Below, one piece after another: positions 10,367-19,634 of a DNA stretch of 64,000 nucleotides. The stretch covers positions 672,001 to 736,000 of the forward strand of contig CAVUMN010000004.1 in NCBI GenBank assembly GCA_963742735.1. Direction: 5' to 3'. The translations under genes were made by a program, and so were the position numbers. This stretch comes from an uncultured Actinomycetes bacterium. GTDB taxonomy: Bacteria; Actinomycetota; UBA4738; JBBDTT01. The notes under the pieces are model-generated. The model was given only the letters and a program-made list of their open reading frames with translations. It was not told the origin of the DNA and did not search any database. The first letter of the stretch is position 1, and the number at the start of each line of letters is the position of its first letter.

Positions 10367-10712
10367 GCACCGTTCCGCTCGACCGGTTCGCCAGCGTGAG
10401 GAACAGCACGATCGCGTACACGGACGCGGCCAGGATCAGCCCGGTGACGAACAGGCGCTTGAGGATGGGGGCGTCGAAGCGCAGGTGCATGAACCACAGC
10501 ACGACCAGCGCGAACTTCAGCCCGGAGAACGCCACCAGCAGGCCGATGAGCGGCCCGTTCGGCAGGTCGATGTAGTACAGGCCGACCTCGAGCGCGGTGA
10601 TGATCGCCAGGATGACGGCGACCTTGATGTACTCCTTCGGACTGGGGTGAGGCTTCGTGTGGGGCGCCGGGGCGCCGGCCGGTCCGGCCTGGTGACCGTG
10701 CTGGGTGTCCAT
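10356..10712 (-). CDS. ctaF: Cytochrome c oxidase subunit IV
   Basis: 118 aa, 3 TM; YIKVAVILAIITALE, KFALVVLWFMHLRFD. Confidence 0.88.
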   Translation of the reverse strand: MDTQHGHQAGPAGAPAPHTKPHPSPKEYIKVAVILAIITALEVGLYYIDLPNGPLIGLLVAFSGLKFALVVLWFMHLRFDAPILKRLFVTGLILAASVYAIVLFLTLANRSSGTVLGG

Positions 10713-10715
10713 GGC

Positions 10716-11354
10716 TCAGCCCCCTCCGGGCCGGGCGGGCGCCGGGACCAGGTACACGAGCGTGAAGATCACGATCCACACGACGTCCACGAAGTGCCAG
10801 TACAGACCGACGAGCTCCACGGCCTCGCTCTTCTCCGGCGGGATCTTGCCGGCCAGGCTCATCTGCTGCAGCGAGAGCAGCATGAGGATCCCGATCGTCA
10901 CGTGGGCCCCATGGAAGCCGGTGAGGACGAAGAACGCGGTGGACGCGACGTTCGTCCGAAGGGTCAGCCCCTCCTCGACGAACGTCGTGAACTCGTAGAC
11001 CTGGCCGGAGATGAACACCATCCCCAGCAGGGCGGTGGCCACCAACCACACCCGCAGGCGGCGCTCGTCGCCCCGCTGGATCGCGGACAGGGCCAGCACC
11101 ATGGTCAGCGAGGACATCAGCAGTACGAACGAGGACACGGAGGTGAACGGGATGTCGTAGACGTCGTGGGGGATCGGGCCGCCCGAGGTCCCGACTCGCC
11201 CGCGGTAGAGCAGGTACGTCGAGATGAGCGCCCCGAACAGCAGGCACTCCGAGGCGAGGAAGGTCCACATCCCCACCTTGGCGTGGGACATGCCGGTGTT
11301 CGTCGGGGGGTGCTCGGCCTGGACCGCCGCCTCGGCGTGCGCCTCGACGCTCAT
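10716..11354 (-). CDS. ctaE: Cytochrome c oxidase subunit III
   Basis: From ATG 11354: GMWTFLASECLLF, FFVLTGFHGAHV, GLYWHFVDVVW. Confidence 0.95.
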   Translation of the reverse strand: MSVEAHAEAAVQAEHPPTNTGMSHAKVGMWTFLASECLLFGALISTYLLYRGRVGTSGGPIPHDVYDIPFTSVSSFVLLMSSLTMVLALSAIQRGDERRLRVWLVATALLGMVFISGQVYEFTTFVEEGLTLRTNVASTAFFVLTGFHGAHVTIGILMLLSLQQMSLAGKIPPEKSEAVELVGLYWHFVDVVWIVIFTLVYLVPAPARPGGG

Positions 11355-13237
11355 TCGCTCGAGGGCTCCATGGCCCAGCCGTACAGCCCGGTCAGCAGCA
11401 GGGCCACCCCGATCACCAGCATCGCCGGGGAATAGATCAGCCCCCACCCGAGCAGGGGGAACCCGAGCGACGTGAGGATCGGGTAGTAGGAGGGCGACGG
11501 CATGTGGATGCTCCCGTGTCCCTCGCCGTTCGCGTCACCGTGCGCCTCGGCGGCGCCGGCGACCGCCGGCGCCAGCCGGCCCTCCTCGTCCTCCGCGTAC
11601 TTCTTGTGCCAGAAGTCGTCGACCTCGTGGACCTCGGGGATCTCGTCGAAGTTGTGCGGCGGGGGCGGGGAGGAGGTCGACCACTCGAGCGAGCGCCCGT
11701 CCCAGGGGTCGTCGCCGGCGACCTCGCCCTTCCTTCGTGTGCGGACGACGTTGTACATGAACACCAGGATCGAGACCGCGATCAGGAACGCGCCGACGGT
11801 GGAGACCATGTTCCAGAAGTCGAACCCGTAGTTCGCCGGGTAGGTGTGCGTCCGCCGGGCCTGGCCCCTCAGGCCCAGGATGTGCATCGGCGCGAACGTC
11901 AGGTTGAACCCGATGAACATCAGCCAGAAGTGGAGCTTGCCGATCCGCTCGTTCAGCAGCCGGCCGGTGATCTTCGGCCACCAGAAGTAGATGCCGCCGA
12001 ACAGCCCGAGGATGGCCCCGCCGAACAGCACGTAGTGGAAGTGGGCCACGATGTAGTAGGTGTCGGTCTGCTGCGCGTCGCTGGGCACGATCGCGTGGGT
12101 CACGCCCGACAGCCCGCCGATCGTGAACATGGCGATGAACCCGATCGCGAAGAGCATCGGCGTCTTGAACCGCAGGTCCCCGCCCCACATCGTCGCCAGC
12201 CAGTTGAAGATCTTCACCCCGGTGGGCACGGCGATGAACATCGTCGACATCGCGAACGCGGAGTTCGCCACCGGGCCCAGCCCCACCGCGAACATGTGGT
12301 GGGCCCACACGCCCCATCCCATGAACCCGATCGCGATCCCCGAGAACACCACGACGGAGTAGCCGAACAGCGGCTTGCGGCTGAACACGGGGAGGATCTC
12401 CGAGACGACCCCCATCGCCGGCAGGACCAGGATGTAGACCTCGGGGTGGCCGAACAGCCAGAACAGGTGCTGCCACAGGACCGGGTCGCCCCCGGCCGCG
12501 ACGTTGAAGAAGTTGGTCCCGAACAATCGGTCGAACATCAGCTCGAACAGCGCGACGGTGATCACCGGCAGCGCGAACACCAGCAGGAACTGCACGACGA
12601 AGGTCATCCACGTGAACACCGGCATCCGCATGAACGTCATGCCGGGCGCGCGCATGTTGATGATCGTGACGAGCAGGTTGACCGCCGAGACGGTCGAGGC
12701 GATGCCCAGGATGATCAGGCCGATCGCCCAGAAGTCCATGTTGTGGTTGCGCCCGAGGGTGTCGAGCACGCCGCCCTGGGTGCTGTTCGGTGCGTAGGCG
12801 AACCACCCACCGTTCGGCGCGCCGCCCAGGATGAACGAGGAGTTCATGAAGATCGCCCCGCTCAGGAACACCCAGTAGCTGAACGCGTTCAGCCGGGGGA
12901 ACGCGACGTCGCGCGCCCCGAGCTGCAACGGCAGGAAGTAGTTGAAGAACGCCGCCGACAGCGGCATGACGACCAGGAAGATCATGGTCGTGCCGTGCAT
13001 GGTGAACAGCTGGTTGTAGGTCTCCGCGGAGATGAAGGCGTTCTCGGGCTTGGCCAGCTGGATGCGCAGGATCAGGGCCTCGATGCCGCCGAGCAGGAAC
13101 AGGAAGAACGCGCTGTACCCGTACAGGATCCCGATCCGCTTGTGGTCGACCGTCGTGATCCACGACCACCAGCCGGTGGTGGCCGCCGGCCGCCGCAGGC
13201 TCCACCTGCGGGCCGCCGGCATCGTCTCGGTCGCCAT
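11351..13237 (-). CDS. ctaD: Cytochrome c oxidase subunit I (A1-type heme-copper oxidase)
   Basis: TVDHKRIG, FTMHGTTMIF, LFWLFGHPEVY, WAHHMF, AHFHYV. Confidence 0.98.
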   Translation of the reverse strand: MATETMPAARRWSLRRPAATTGWWSWITTVDHKRIGILYGYSAFFLFLLGGIEALILRIQLAKPENAFISAETYNQLFTMHGTTMIFLVVMPLSAAFFNYFLPLQLGARDVAFPRLNAFSYWVFLSGAIFMNSSFILGGAPNGGWFAYAPNSTQGGVLDTLGRNHNMDFWAIGLIILGIASTVSAVNLLVTIINMRAPGMTFMRMPVFTWMTFVVQFLLVFALPVITVALFELMFDRLFGTNFFNVAAGGDPVLWQHLFWLFGHPEVYILVLPAMGVVSEILPVFSRKPLFGYSVVVFSGIAIGFMGWGVWAHHMFAVGLGPVANSAFAMSTMFIAVPTGVKIFNWLATMWGGDLRFKTPMLFAIGFIAMFTIGGLSGVTHAIVPSDAQQTDTYYIVAHFHYVLFGGAILGLFGGIYFWWPKITGRLLNERIGKLHFWLMFIGFNLTFAPMHILGLRGQARRTHTYPANYGFDFWNMVSTVGAFLIAVSILVFMYNVVRTRRKGEVAGDDPWDGRSLEWSTSSPPPPHNFDEIPEVHEVDDFWHKKYAEDEEGRLAPAVAGAAEAHGDANGEGHGSIHMPSPSYYPILTSLGFPLLGWGLIYSPAMLVIGVALLLTGLYGWAMEPSSE

Positions 13238-13262
13238 CTCCCTCAGTCCGTCCTTCCCACGT

Positions 13263-14339
13263 TCACTCGAGCGACAGCAAGAACGCGACCAGCGCCTCGA
13301 TCTGGTCTGGGGTGAGCCCGTAGTCTGGCATCCGCGAGCCTGGCTTCATGGCGGCGGGGTTCTCGAGCCACCGCGTCAGCTCCTCGGCGTTCATGTCGAA
13401 GAGATTCGCGCCGAAGGTCTCCCGCGAGGCCAGGTGGGTGAGGTCCGGGCCGATCCGCACGTCGGCACCCTGCAGGCCGTTGATCGCGTGGCACTGCATG
13501 CAGGACCGTCCGTCGCCGAAGTCCCTGAACAGCTCCATCCCGCGCTGGGCCAGCGGGTCGCTCGGGGCCACGTTCGCCGCCGCCTCCTGCTCGTCGAGCC
13601 ACGCCTCGTAGTCCTCGGGCGACTCCGCGACCACCGCCATCCGCATGTACGCATGGCTCAGCCCGCAGTACTCGGTGCACTGGCCGGGATACCGGCCGGG
13701 ATGGTCGGCCTGGAGGATGAGATGGTTGACCCGCCCCGGGACCACGTCCTGCTTGCCGCCCAGCTTCGGGATCCAGAACGAGTGGATCACGGGGATCTCC
13801 GCGTTCTGGTTCCGCGCCTCGAGCGTGAAGTAGACCGGCCGCCCGGTCGGGATGTGGATCTCGTTCGCGGTGACCAGCCGCTCGTCGATGTACTCGACCT
13901 CCCACCACCACTGGTGGGCGATGATCCGCACGTCGACGCGCTCGGCGGGGTCCGGCTCCTTCGCCAGCTCGAAGATGGTGGCCACCGTGGGGACGGAGAT
14001 GGCCGCCAGGAGCACGGTGGGGATGAGGGTCCAGCCGATCTCCAGCCGCTTGTTCCCGTGGACCTGCTTGGGGATCGCGTCCACGCCCTCGCGGTGGCGG
14101 AACCGGTACGAGATGAACAGGACCAGCCCCTCCACGAGCACGAACACGAACGCCGCGATCCACATCACCGGGATCAGCAGGTCGTACTGCTTCTGGGCGA
14201 CCGGCCCCTCGGGCTTGAGCGTGTCGAGGGGCCCCGTGTCGGAGCACGCCACGAGCAGGAGAAGCGCGGCGACCCCGGCGAGGAGCGCGCCGGTTCGGGT
14301 CCAGCTCGTTCGTGGGCGTCGCGCGGTCATGTCCTCCAT
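13263..14339 (-). CDS. ctaC: Cytochrome c oxidase subunit II with fused cytochrome c (caa3-type)
   Basis: Lipobox LLVAC; HQWWW; VIHSFWIP; CuA motif CTEYCGLSHAYM; C-terminal CMQCH...GPDLTH...KPGSRMP; start may be ATG 14330 after GGAGG. Confidence 0.95.
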   Translation of the reverse strand: MEDMTARRPRTSWTRTGALLAGVAALLLLVACSDTGPLDTLKPEGPVAQKQYDLLIPVMWIAAFVFVLVEGLVLFISYRFRHREGVDAIPKQVHGNKRLEIGWTLIPTVLLAAISVPTVATIFELAKEPDPAERVDVRIIAHQWWWEVEYIDERLVTANEIHIPTGRPVYFTLEARNQNAEIPVIHSFWIPKLGGKQDVVPGRVNHLILQADHPGRYPGQCTEYCGLSHAYMRMAVVAESPEDYEAWLDEQEAAANVAPSDPLAQRGMELFRDFGDGRSCMQCHAINGLQGADVRIGPDLTHLASRETFGANLFDMNAEELTRWLENPAAMKPGSRMPDYGLTPDQIEALVAFLLSLE

Positions 14340-14403
14340 CGGGGGGTTCGTCCGTGCGGCGGGCGGAACGATATCAGTTCCCCTTCGAGCACCCCGCCGC
14401 GAG

Positions 14404-15351
14404 TCATACCCCCGCGTAGGAGTGCAGTCCCACGATGAACAGGTTCACCGCGTAGTAGGTGACGAGCAGCGCGGCGAATCCGCCCACGCCGACCCAGGCG
14501 GCCTTCCGCCCTCTCCACCCGGCCGTGGCTCGCGCGTGGAGGTAGCCGGCGAACACCACCCAGGTGATGAACGCCCACGTCTCCTTCGGGTCCCACCCCC
14601 AGTAGCGGCCCCAGGCGCGCTCGGCCCAGATCGCCCCGGCGATGATGGCGAAGGTCCAGATCGGGAACGCCACGGCGATCGTCCGGTACGCGAGCCGGTC
14701 CAGGGTCGCCGCGGACGGCAGCAGGCCGCGCCGCCGGGTGCCGGCGGCCGTGGCCGGCTCGTCCGCGCCGGCGGCGTAGTCGGGGGGCGCCGTCTCGTCC
14801 AGGTCCTGCGAACCTCCGGCGATCGGCACGAGCTCGGCGGCCTCCCGCTGCTCGCGGCGGTCCTTCACCAGGTACAGGATCGAGAAGATGCCCCCCAGCG
14901 TGAGCAGCGACGAGCCCGTGATCACCGAGATCACGTGGATCTCTCGCCAGTAGCTGTTGAGCGCGGGGACGAGCGGAGCGGGGTAGGTGTACAGGGCCAT
15001 GCTCGCCACGGCCATGGTGAGCGCCGCGAACCCCAGGACGAACGCGCCGGTCGTGCGGACCTTCGCGCGGACCTCGACGAACAGCAGGTAGCCGGCCACG
15101 ACCAGCAGGGAGAGCAGCGAGGAGTACTCGAACATGTTCCCCCACGGGCCCCGCCCGGCGGCAACGCCCCGGGCGACCACCGAGCCGGCGTGGACGGCCA
15201 GGCCGGCCCACGCCAGGCCGCTCGCCCACCGTCCGATCGGCTCGCGGCGCGTGCGCAGGTGGAACGCGTACAGGGCGGTGGCCACGGCGTACGCCGCCAG
15301 CGCGCCCCCGAACAGCCATCGGGAGAGGCTCGCCACCTGCTCGGACGTCAT
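14404..15351 (-). CDS. ccsB: System II cytochrome c biogenesis protein ResC/CcsB (WWD domain)
   Basis: From ATG 15351: PWGNMFEY, LVPALNSYW..IHV, GAIWAERAWGRYWGWDPKETW, GLHSYA. Confidence 0.95.
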   Translation of the reverse strand: MTSEQVASLSRWLFGGALAAYAVATALYAFHLRTRREPIGRWASGLAWAGLAVHAGSVVARGVAAGRGPWGNMFEYSSLLSLLVVAGYLLFVEVRAKVRTTGAFVLGFAALTMAVASMALYTYPAPLVPALNSYWREIHVISVITGSSLLTLGGIFSILYLVKDRREQREAAELVPIAGGSQDLDETAPPDYAAGADEPATAAGTRRRGLLPSAATLDRLAYRTIAVAFPIWTFAIIAGAIWAERAWGRYWGWDPKETWAFITWVVFAGYLHARATAGWRGRKAAWVGVGGFAALLVTYYAVNLFIVGLHSYAGV

Positions 15352-16862
15352 CGGCGTTCCACCTTCCCCAGCTCCTCCACCAGGCGGGTGAACTCCTCCT
15401 CGAACTGATCTCGGCGCTGCAGGGCGAAGCCGCCGACCTTCAGCACCGTCCCCCCCTCGCCGGGCTCCGCCCGAACCCACAGCTTGCGCCGGGAGTCGTA
15501 CAGGGCGGGCAGCAGGCCGGCGAAGATGAGGATGGCCGCGGCCAGGATAATCCCGAGCCCTCGATCGCGGCTCACCTGGAGCACCGTGTACTCCCCGAGG
15601 TCGGGGAACGCGAGCGTGAGCCCCCCGATCTCCTCGGTCTCGCCCTCGCCCACCAGCCCGTCGGCGAACGGCTCCATCCCCGTGGTGTCGAGCGTGGTCA
15701 GGGTCTGCGACGCCGTGGTCGGCAGGTCGCCGCGGTACGCCGTGTACGTGATGAACGGGTCCCGGGCGATGAGCATGGGGAGGGCCTGGCCCGTCTGCAG
15801 GCCCCGGGCGAAGGCGCGGGAATCCGGGAACAGCCTGAGCTCCAGCGCCACCTGGGGCCGGAGCGAGGGCAGCCGCAGGACGCCCCGCCACGGCAGCGTG
15901 GCGGGGTTCGCGCCCTCCCGGGCCGGCGACGACACGAACACCAGCGGCGCCGACGCCAGGAGGCGGTCGCCGTCGCGGATCTCGATCACCGGCGCCCACC
16001 CGTAGCCGGCCTGAAAGATCTTCACGCCGAGCGCGCTCGCGGGGTGGTTCACGCGGATGTCCACCGGGCCGATCGGGTTCCCGTCCGGTGCCAGGAGGTC
16101 CGCTCGCGTGACGAACTCGCGGGGGGAGCCGTCGGCGCGGTAGTCGACCTCGAAGTCGCGGACCTGCACCTGGAGCCCCGAGTGGTCCTCGCGGAAGAAG
16201 CGGCCCTCGCGGGCCGACCCGTCGTATCCGGCGTGGACCTCGGCCCACGTCTCGCCCTCGGCGATCACCGCGGTCCCCGTGAATCCCGTCCCCTTGCCCC
16301 AGATCACTCCGATCAGCAGGAGGAAGAACGACCAGTGGAATACCAGGCTGCCGGCCTCACGGAACACGCCCTTTTCGGCGGCGATCGTCCCTCCCCCCCG
16401 GTCCGGTCCGCGGACGCGGAATCTCCTCCGGCGGAGGATGCGCCGGGCGCGGGTGAGAGCGGGGCCCGGCTCCTCGGATACCGTCCGCTCCGCGTAGTGG
16501 CGGAAGCCGTCGAGCTCGCGGACCAGCTCGGGCCGGGCGAACAGGTTGCGGACCAGGGCCCGGGTTCGCGGGAACAGGCACGCCGCCAGCGAGATCAGCA
16601 GCAGCGTGTAGATCAGGGTGAACCACCACGACCCGAACACGTCCAGGAGCCCCAGCTTCCGGAACAGCTCGGCCCGGAACGGATGGTCGCGGACGAGCTG
16701 CGCGATCTTCCCGTCGCCCAGCCCCACCTGGGGGACCAGCGACCCGGCGACCGCGGCCAGGGCCAGCAGCAGCAGGAGGATCAGCGCGGTGCGCATCGAC
16801 CGCAGCGTTCTCCACGCCAGGGCCAGCGACGCGCGCAGGCGGTTCCCGGGTCCGGCGGGCAT
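15348..16862 (-). CDS. resB: Cytochrome c biogenesis protein ResB
   Basis: From ATG 16862: LRSMRTALILLLLLALAAVAGSLVPQ, DVFGSWWF, SLAACLFPR, GSLVFHWS, IRVNHP. Confidence 0.92.
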   Translation of the reverse strand: MPAGPGNRLRASLALAWRTLRSMRTALILLLLLALAAVAGSLVPQVGLGDGKIAQLVRDHPFRAELFRKLGLLDVFGSWWFTLIYTLLLISLAACLFPRTRALVRNLFARPELVRELDGFRHYAERTVSEEPGPALTRARRILRRRRFRVRGPDRGGGTIAAEKGVFREAGSLVFHWSFFLLLIGVIWGKGTGFTGTAVIAEGETWAEVHAGYDGSAREGRFFREDHSGLQVQVRDFEVDYRADGSPREFVTRADLLAPDGNPIGPVDIRVNHPASALGVKIFQAGYGWAPVIEIRDGDRLLASAPLVFVSSPAREGANPATLPWRGVLRLPSLRPQVALELRLFPDSRAFARGLQTGQALPMLIARDPFITYTAYRGDLPTTASQTLTTLDTTGMEPFADGLVGEGETEEIGGLTLAFPDLGEYTVLQVSRDRGLGIILAAAILIFAGLLPALYDSRRKLWVRAEPGEGGTVLKVGGFALQRRDQFEEEFTRLVEELGKVERR

Positions 16863-16869
16863 CCGCGCG

Positions 16870-17781
16870 CTAGGCGCCGGCGCGCGCGACGGTGTCCACC
16901 GCGACGGCCGCGAACAGCAGCCCGAGGTACCAGATCGAGTGCCGGAACATGGCCATAGCCATGGCGGGCCGGCCGTCGGAGCGGTGCAGGCGAACCGCGT
17001 CGGCGACGAACCAGGCGCCGAGCAGCCCCGCGGCCACGGCATAGCCGGGCCCGACGTCGCTCACCGGGATCAGTGCGATCGAAGCGGCCGCGGTCAGCAC
17101 GGCGTAGACGAGGCTCTGCCGCGTGGTCTCCGCGACGCCGGCCACGACCGGGAGCATCGGCACGCCGGCGGCCTCGTAGTCCTTGGAGTAGCGCAGCGAG
17201 AGTGCCCAGAAATGCGGAGGCGTCCACAGGAACACGACCAGGAACAGGATCACCGCCGGCAGGTCGACGCGTCCGGTCACCGCCGCCCACCCGACCAGGG
17301 CCGGAGCCGCGCCGGCCGCCCCGCCGATGACGATGTTCTGCGGGGTTCGCCGCTTCAGCCACAGCGTGTACACCAGGACGTAGAAGAGCAGGGCGCCGAG
17401 CGAGAGGGCGGCAGCGGGCAGGTTGACGGTGGCGGCCAGCCACGCGAACGACGCCACCCCGAGGATCACCCCGAACGCGAACGCGCTGGCCGGGGTCACC
17501 CGGTGGTTCGGGAGCGGGCGCCGGCGGGTCCGGGCCATGACCTCGTCGATGTCGCGGTCGAAGTACTGGTTGAGGGCGTTGGCCCCGCCGGCCGCGACCG
17601 TACCCCCGAAAAGGGTTGCGAGGATCAGCCAGCCCGACGGCATCCCGCCCTCGGCCAGGACCATGGCCGGAACGGTGGTGACCAGCAGCAGCAGGATGAT
17701 CCGCGGCTTGGTGAGCTCGACGTAGGCGCGGACGACCTCGGTCACCGACCGCCGCAGCGCGACGTTCGCGGCCACGCTCAT
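16870..17781 (-). CDS. ctaB: Protoheme IX farnesyltransferase (heme O synthase)
   Basis: LTKPRII, NQYFDRDIDEVMARTRRRPLP, LKRRTPQNIVIGG, WTPPHFWAL, DYEAAGVPMLP. Confidence 0.97.
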   Translation of the reverse strand: MSVAANVALRRSVTEVVRAYVELTKPRIILLLLVTTVPAMVLAEGGMPSGWLILATLFGGTVAAGGANALNQYFDRDIDEVMARTRRRPLPNHRVTPASAFAFGVILGVASFAWLAATVNLPAAALSLGALLFYVLVYTLWLKRRTPQNIVIGGAAGAAPALVGWAAVTGRVDLPAVILFLVVFLWTPPHFWALSLRYSKDYEAAGVPMLPVVAGVAETTRQSLVYAVLTAAASIALIPVSDVGPGYAVAAGLLGAWFVADAVRLHRSDGRPAMAMAMFRHSIWYLGLLFAAVAVDTVARAGA

Positions 17782-18737
17782 GCCGGCTCCTCACGCGTCG
17801 TCCGCGAGGCGGCGGCGGTACCGACCAGCGCGGCCCACACCAGCGAGGCGAGCACGACGTGGGCCATCGCCGCGGGGATCGCCAGTCCCGACCAAACATT
17901 CGCGGCCCCGACAACGATCTGGACCGCCAGCGCGGCCGCCGCGACCGCGGCGAGGGCGTAGGCGGCCGGACGCTGCCCCCGGGCTCGGGCCGCGGAGACC
18001 GCCACCCACGCGACGAGAGGCACAGCCGCCGCCGCGAGCAGACGGTGAACGAACTGGGAGACACGGTCGGTCGAGTACACGTCGGGCAAGACGCGCCCGT
18101 CCATCAACGGCCAGTCGGGGAACGCCAGGCCCGCCCCGCGGCCACGCACGTACGCCCCCGCGAGGACGACCAGGAGGACGGCGCCGGCGGCGAACCACGC
18201 CCGCCGGGCCAGCCCGTCCACCGCTGGGGCCCCGCCCGGGGACCAGACGAGGACGGTGAGATACACGAGCGTCCCGACCAGGGCCATCGCGGTGGCCAGG
18301 TGGAAGGTGACCAGCACCGGGCTGAGCCCGTGCTTCACGACCAGGGCGCCCAGGGCGGCCTGTACGAACAGCAGGCCGAACGCGACCGTGGCGGGCACAA
18401 CGATGTGCCGCTCACCGCGGTGGCGGCGCCTCGCGGTCCAGGCAAGGCCGCCGATCAGCACAGTCAGCACCGGCGTGGCCAGGCGGTGGACGTACTCGAT
18501 GAGCACGTTCGCGTCGAGCTCGGGGATGATCCGGCCGTTGCAGACGGGCCAGTGATCGCCGCAAGCGTCGCCCGAGCCCGTGGTCCGGACGAGCGCGCCG
18601 AGGGCGATGGTCACCAGCGCGGCGATGGTCGCGGCGAGGGAAAGCCGGCGGAGGGCCCGGCCCGGGCGCGGGACGTCGCCCGCCTCCGGAGGGCGCGTTT
18701 GGTAGCGTGCCGAGAGGAGCGACTCCCTTCGAGACAT
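17778..18737 (-). CDS. ctaA: Heme A synthase (COX15/CtaA)
   Basis: GSGDACGDHWPVCNG, IEYVHR, QAALGA, FHLATA, FPDWPL, FVHR, AHVVLA; start uncertain. Confidence 0.92.
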   Translation of the reverse strand: MSRRESLLSARYQTRPPEAGDVPRPGRALRRLSLAATIAALVTIALGALVRTTGSGDACGDHWPVCNGRIIPELDANVLIEYVHRLATPVLTVLIGGLAWTARRRHRGERHIVVPATVAFGLLFVQAALGALVVKHGLSPVLVTFHLATAMALVGTLVYLTVLVWSPGGAPAVDGLARRAWFAAGAVLLVVLAGAYVRGRGAGLAFPDWPLMDGRVLPDVYSTDRVSQFVHRLLAAAAVPLVAWVAVSAARARGQRPAAYALAAVAAAALAVQIVVGAANVWSGLAIPAAMAHVVLASLVWAALVGTAAASRTTREEPA

Positions 18738-19608
18738 GCGTTCTCCAGTATCGCTCGCGCGCCTCGTCTCCGTCTGCCTCGCCGTCGCGCTGACGGCGTG
18801 CGGCGCGACGAACGGCCGTCCCGTCCCCGGCCCGACACCCAGCGTCGGGCCGGTGGCAGTCGTGCTCTCCGGCGACCTCGCCGTGGGCCAGAACCGGTTC
18901 CTGTTCACGCTCGTGGATGCGCGAAGCCAGCGCAACGTCGCCGTCCCGGAGACGCGGGTGAGCGTGGAGTTCTTCGACCTGGCGTCGTCGCACACGTCCC
19001 CGGTCGCCCGCGGCGACGGAGTCTTCGTCTGGGCCGACCCCGACCGAGAGGGCGTGTTCGTGGTCCCGGTCGTCCTCGGCGCGGCGGGAGCGTGGGAGGC
19101 CGTGGTCCGGCCGGAGGGGGCGCCCGCGTCCCGGGTGGGGTTCGAGGTTCGGGACGAGCCGTCCACCCCCAGGATCGGCTCGAAGGCGCCGGCGTCGCCC
19201 ACCCGCACACTCGCCGACGTCGGGGGGCGGGTCGGGGAGATCACCTCGGACCCCCGGCCGAATCGGCGCTTCTACCAGCGCTCGATCTCCCAGGCGATCA
19301 GCATGGCGATCCCTTTCGTCGTGGTGTTCGGGAGCCCGGGGCACTGCTCGGGGACCGGATGCGCGCACATGCTGACCGTGGCCAAGCGGGTGGCCGCGAC
19401 CACCAGTGAGCTGACGTTCATCCACGTCGAGGTGTACCGGGATCCCCAGGCCCCGACGCCGCAGTCGGTGCACCCGGCGGTGGGGGAGTGGGGCTTGCCC
19501 AGCGAGCCGTGGCTGTTCGTCGTCAACGCCCGCGGAAGCGTCGTGGCGAAGTTCGAGCGCGTGGTCTCCCAGGAGGAGCTCAGTGGGGTGATCGCCTCCC
19601 TGTACTGA
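18736..19608 (+). CDS. Lipoprotein with C-terminal thioredoxin-like domain
   Basis: Lipobox LTAC; VVVFGSPGHCSGTGC (Cx4C), FIHVEVY, EWGLPSEPWLFVV. Confidence 0.7.
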   Translation: MRSPVSLARLVSVCLAVALTACGATNGRPVPGPTPSVGPVAVVLSGDLAVGQNRFLFTLVDARSQRNVAVPETRVSVEFFDLASSHTSPVARGDGVFVWADPDREGVFVVPVVLGAAGAWEAVVRPEGAPASRVGFEVRDEPSTPRIGSKAPASPTRTLADVGGRVGEITSDPRPNRRFYQRSISQAISMAIPFVVVFGSPGHCSGTGCAHMLTVAKRVAATTSELTFIHVEVYRDPQAPTPQSVHPAVGEWGLPSEPWLFVVNARGSVVAKFERVVSQEELSGVIASLY

Positions 19609-19634
19609 CGCCGAGTGCGAGGTAGCGTTCGTGC

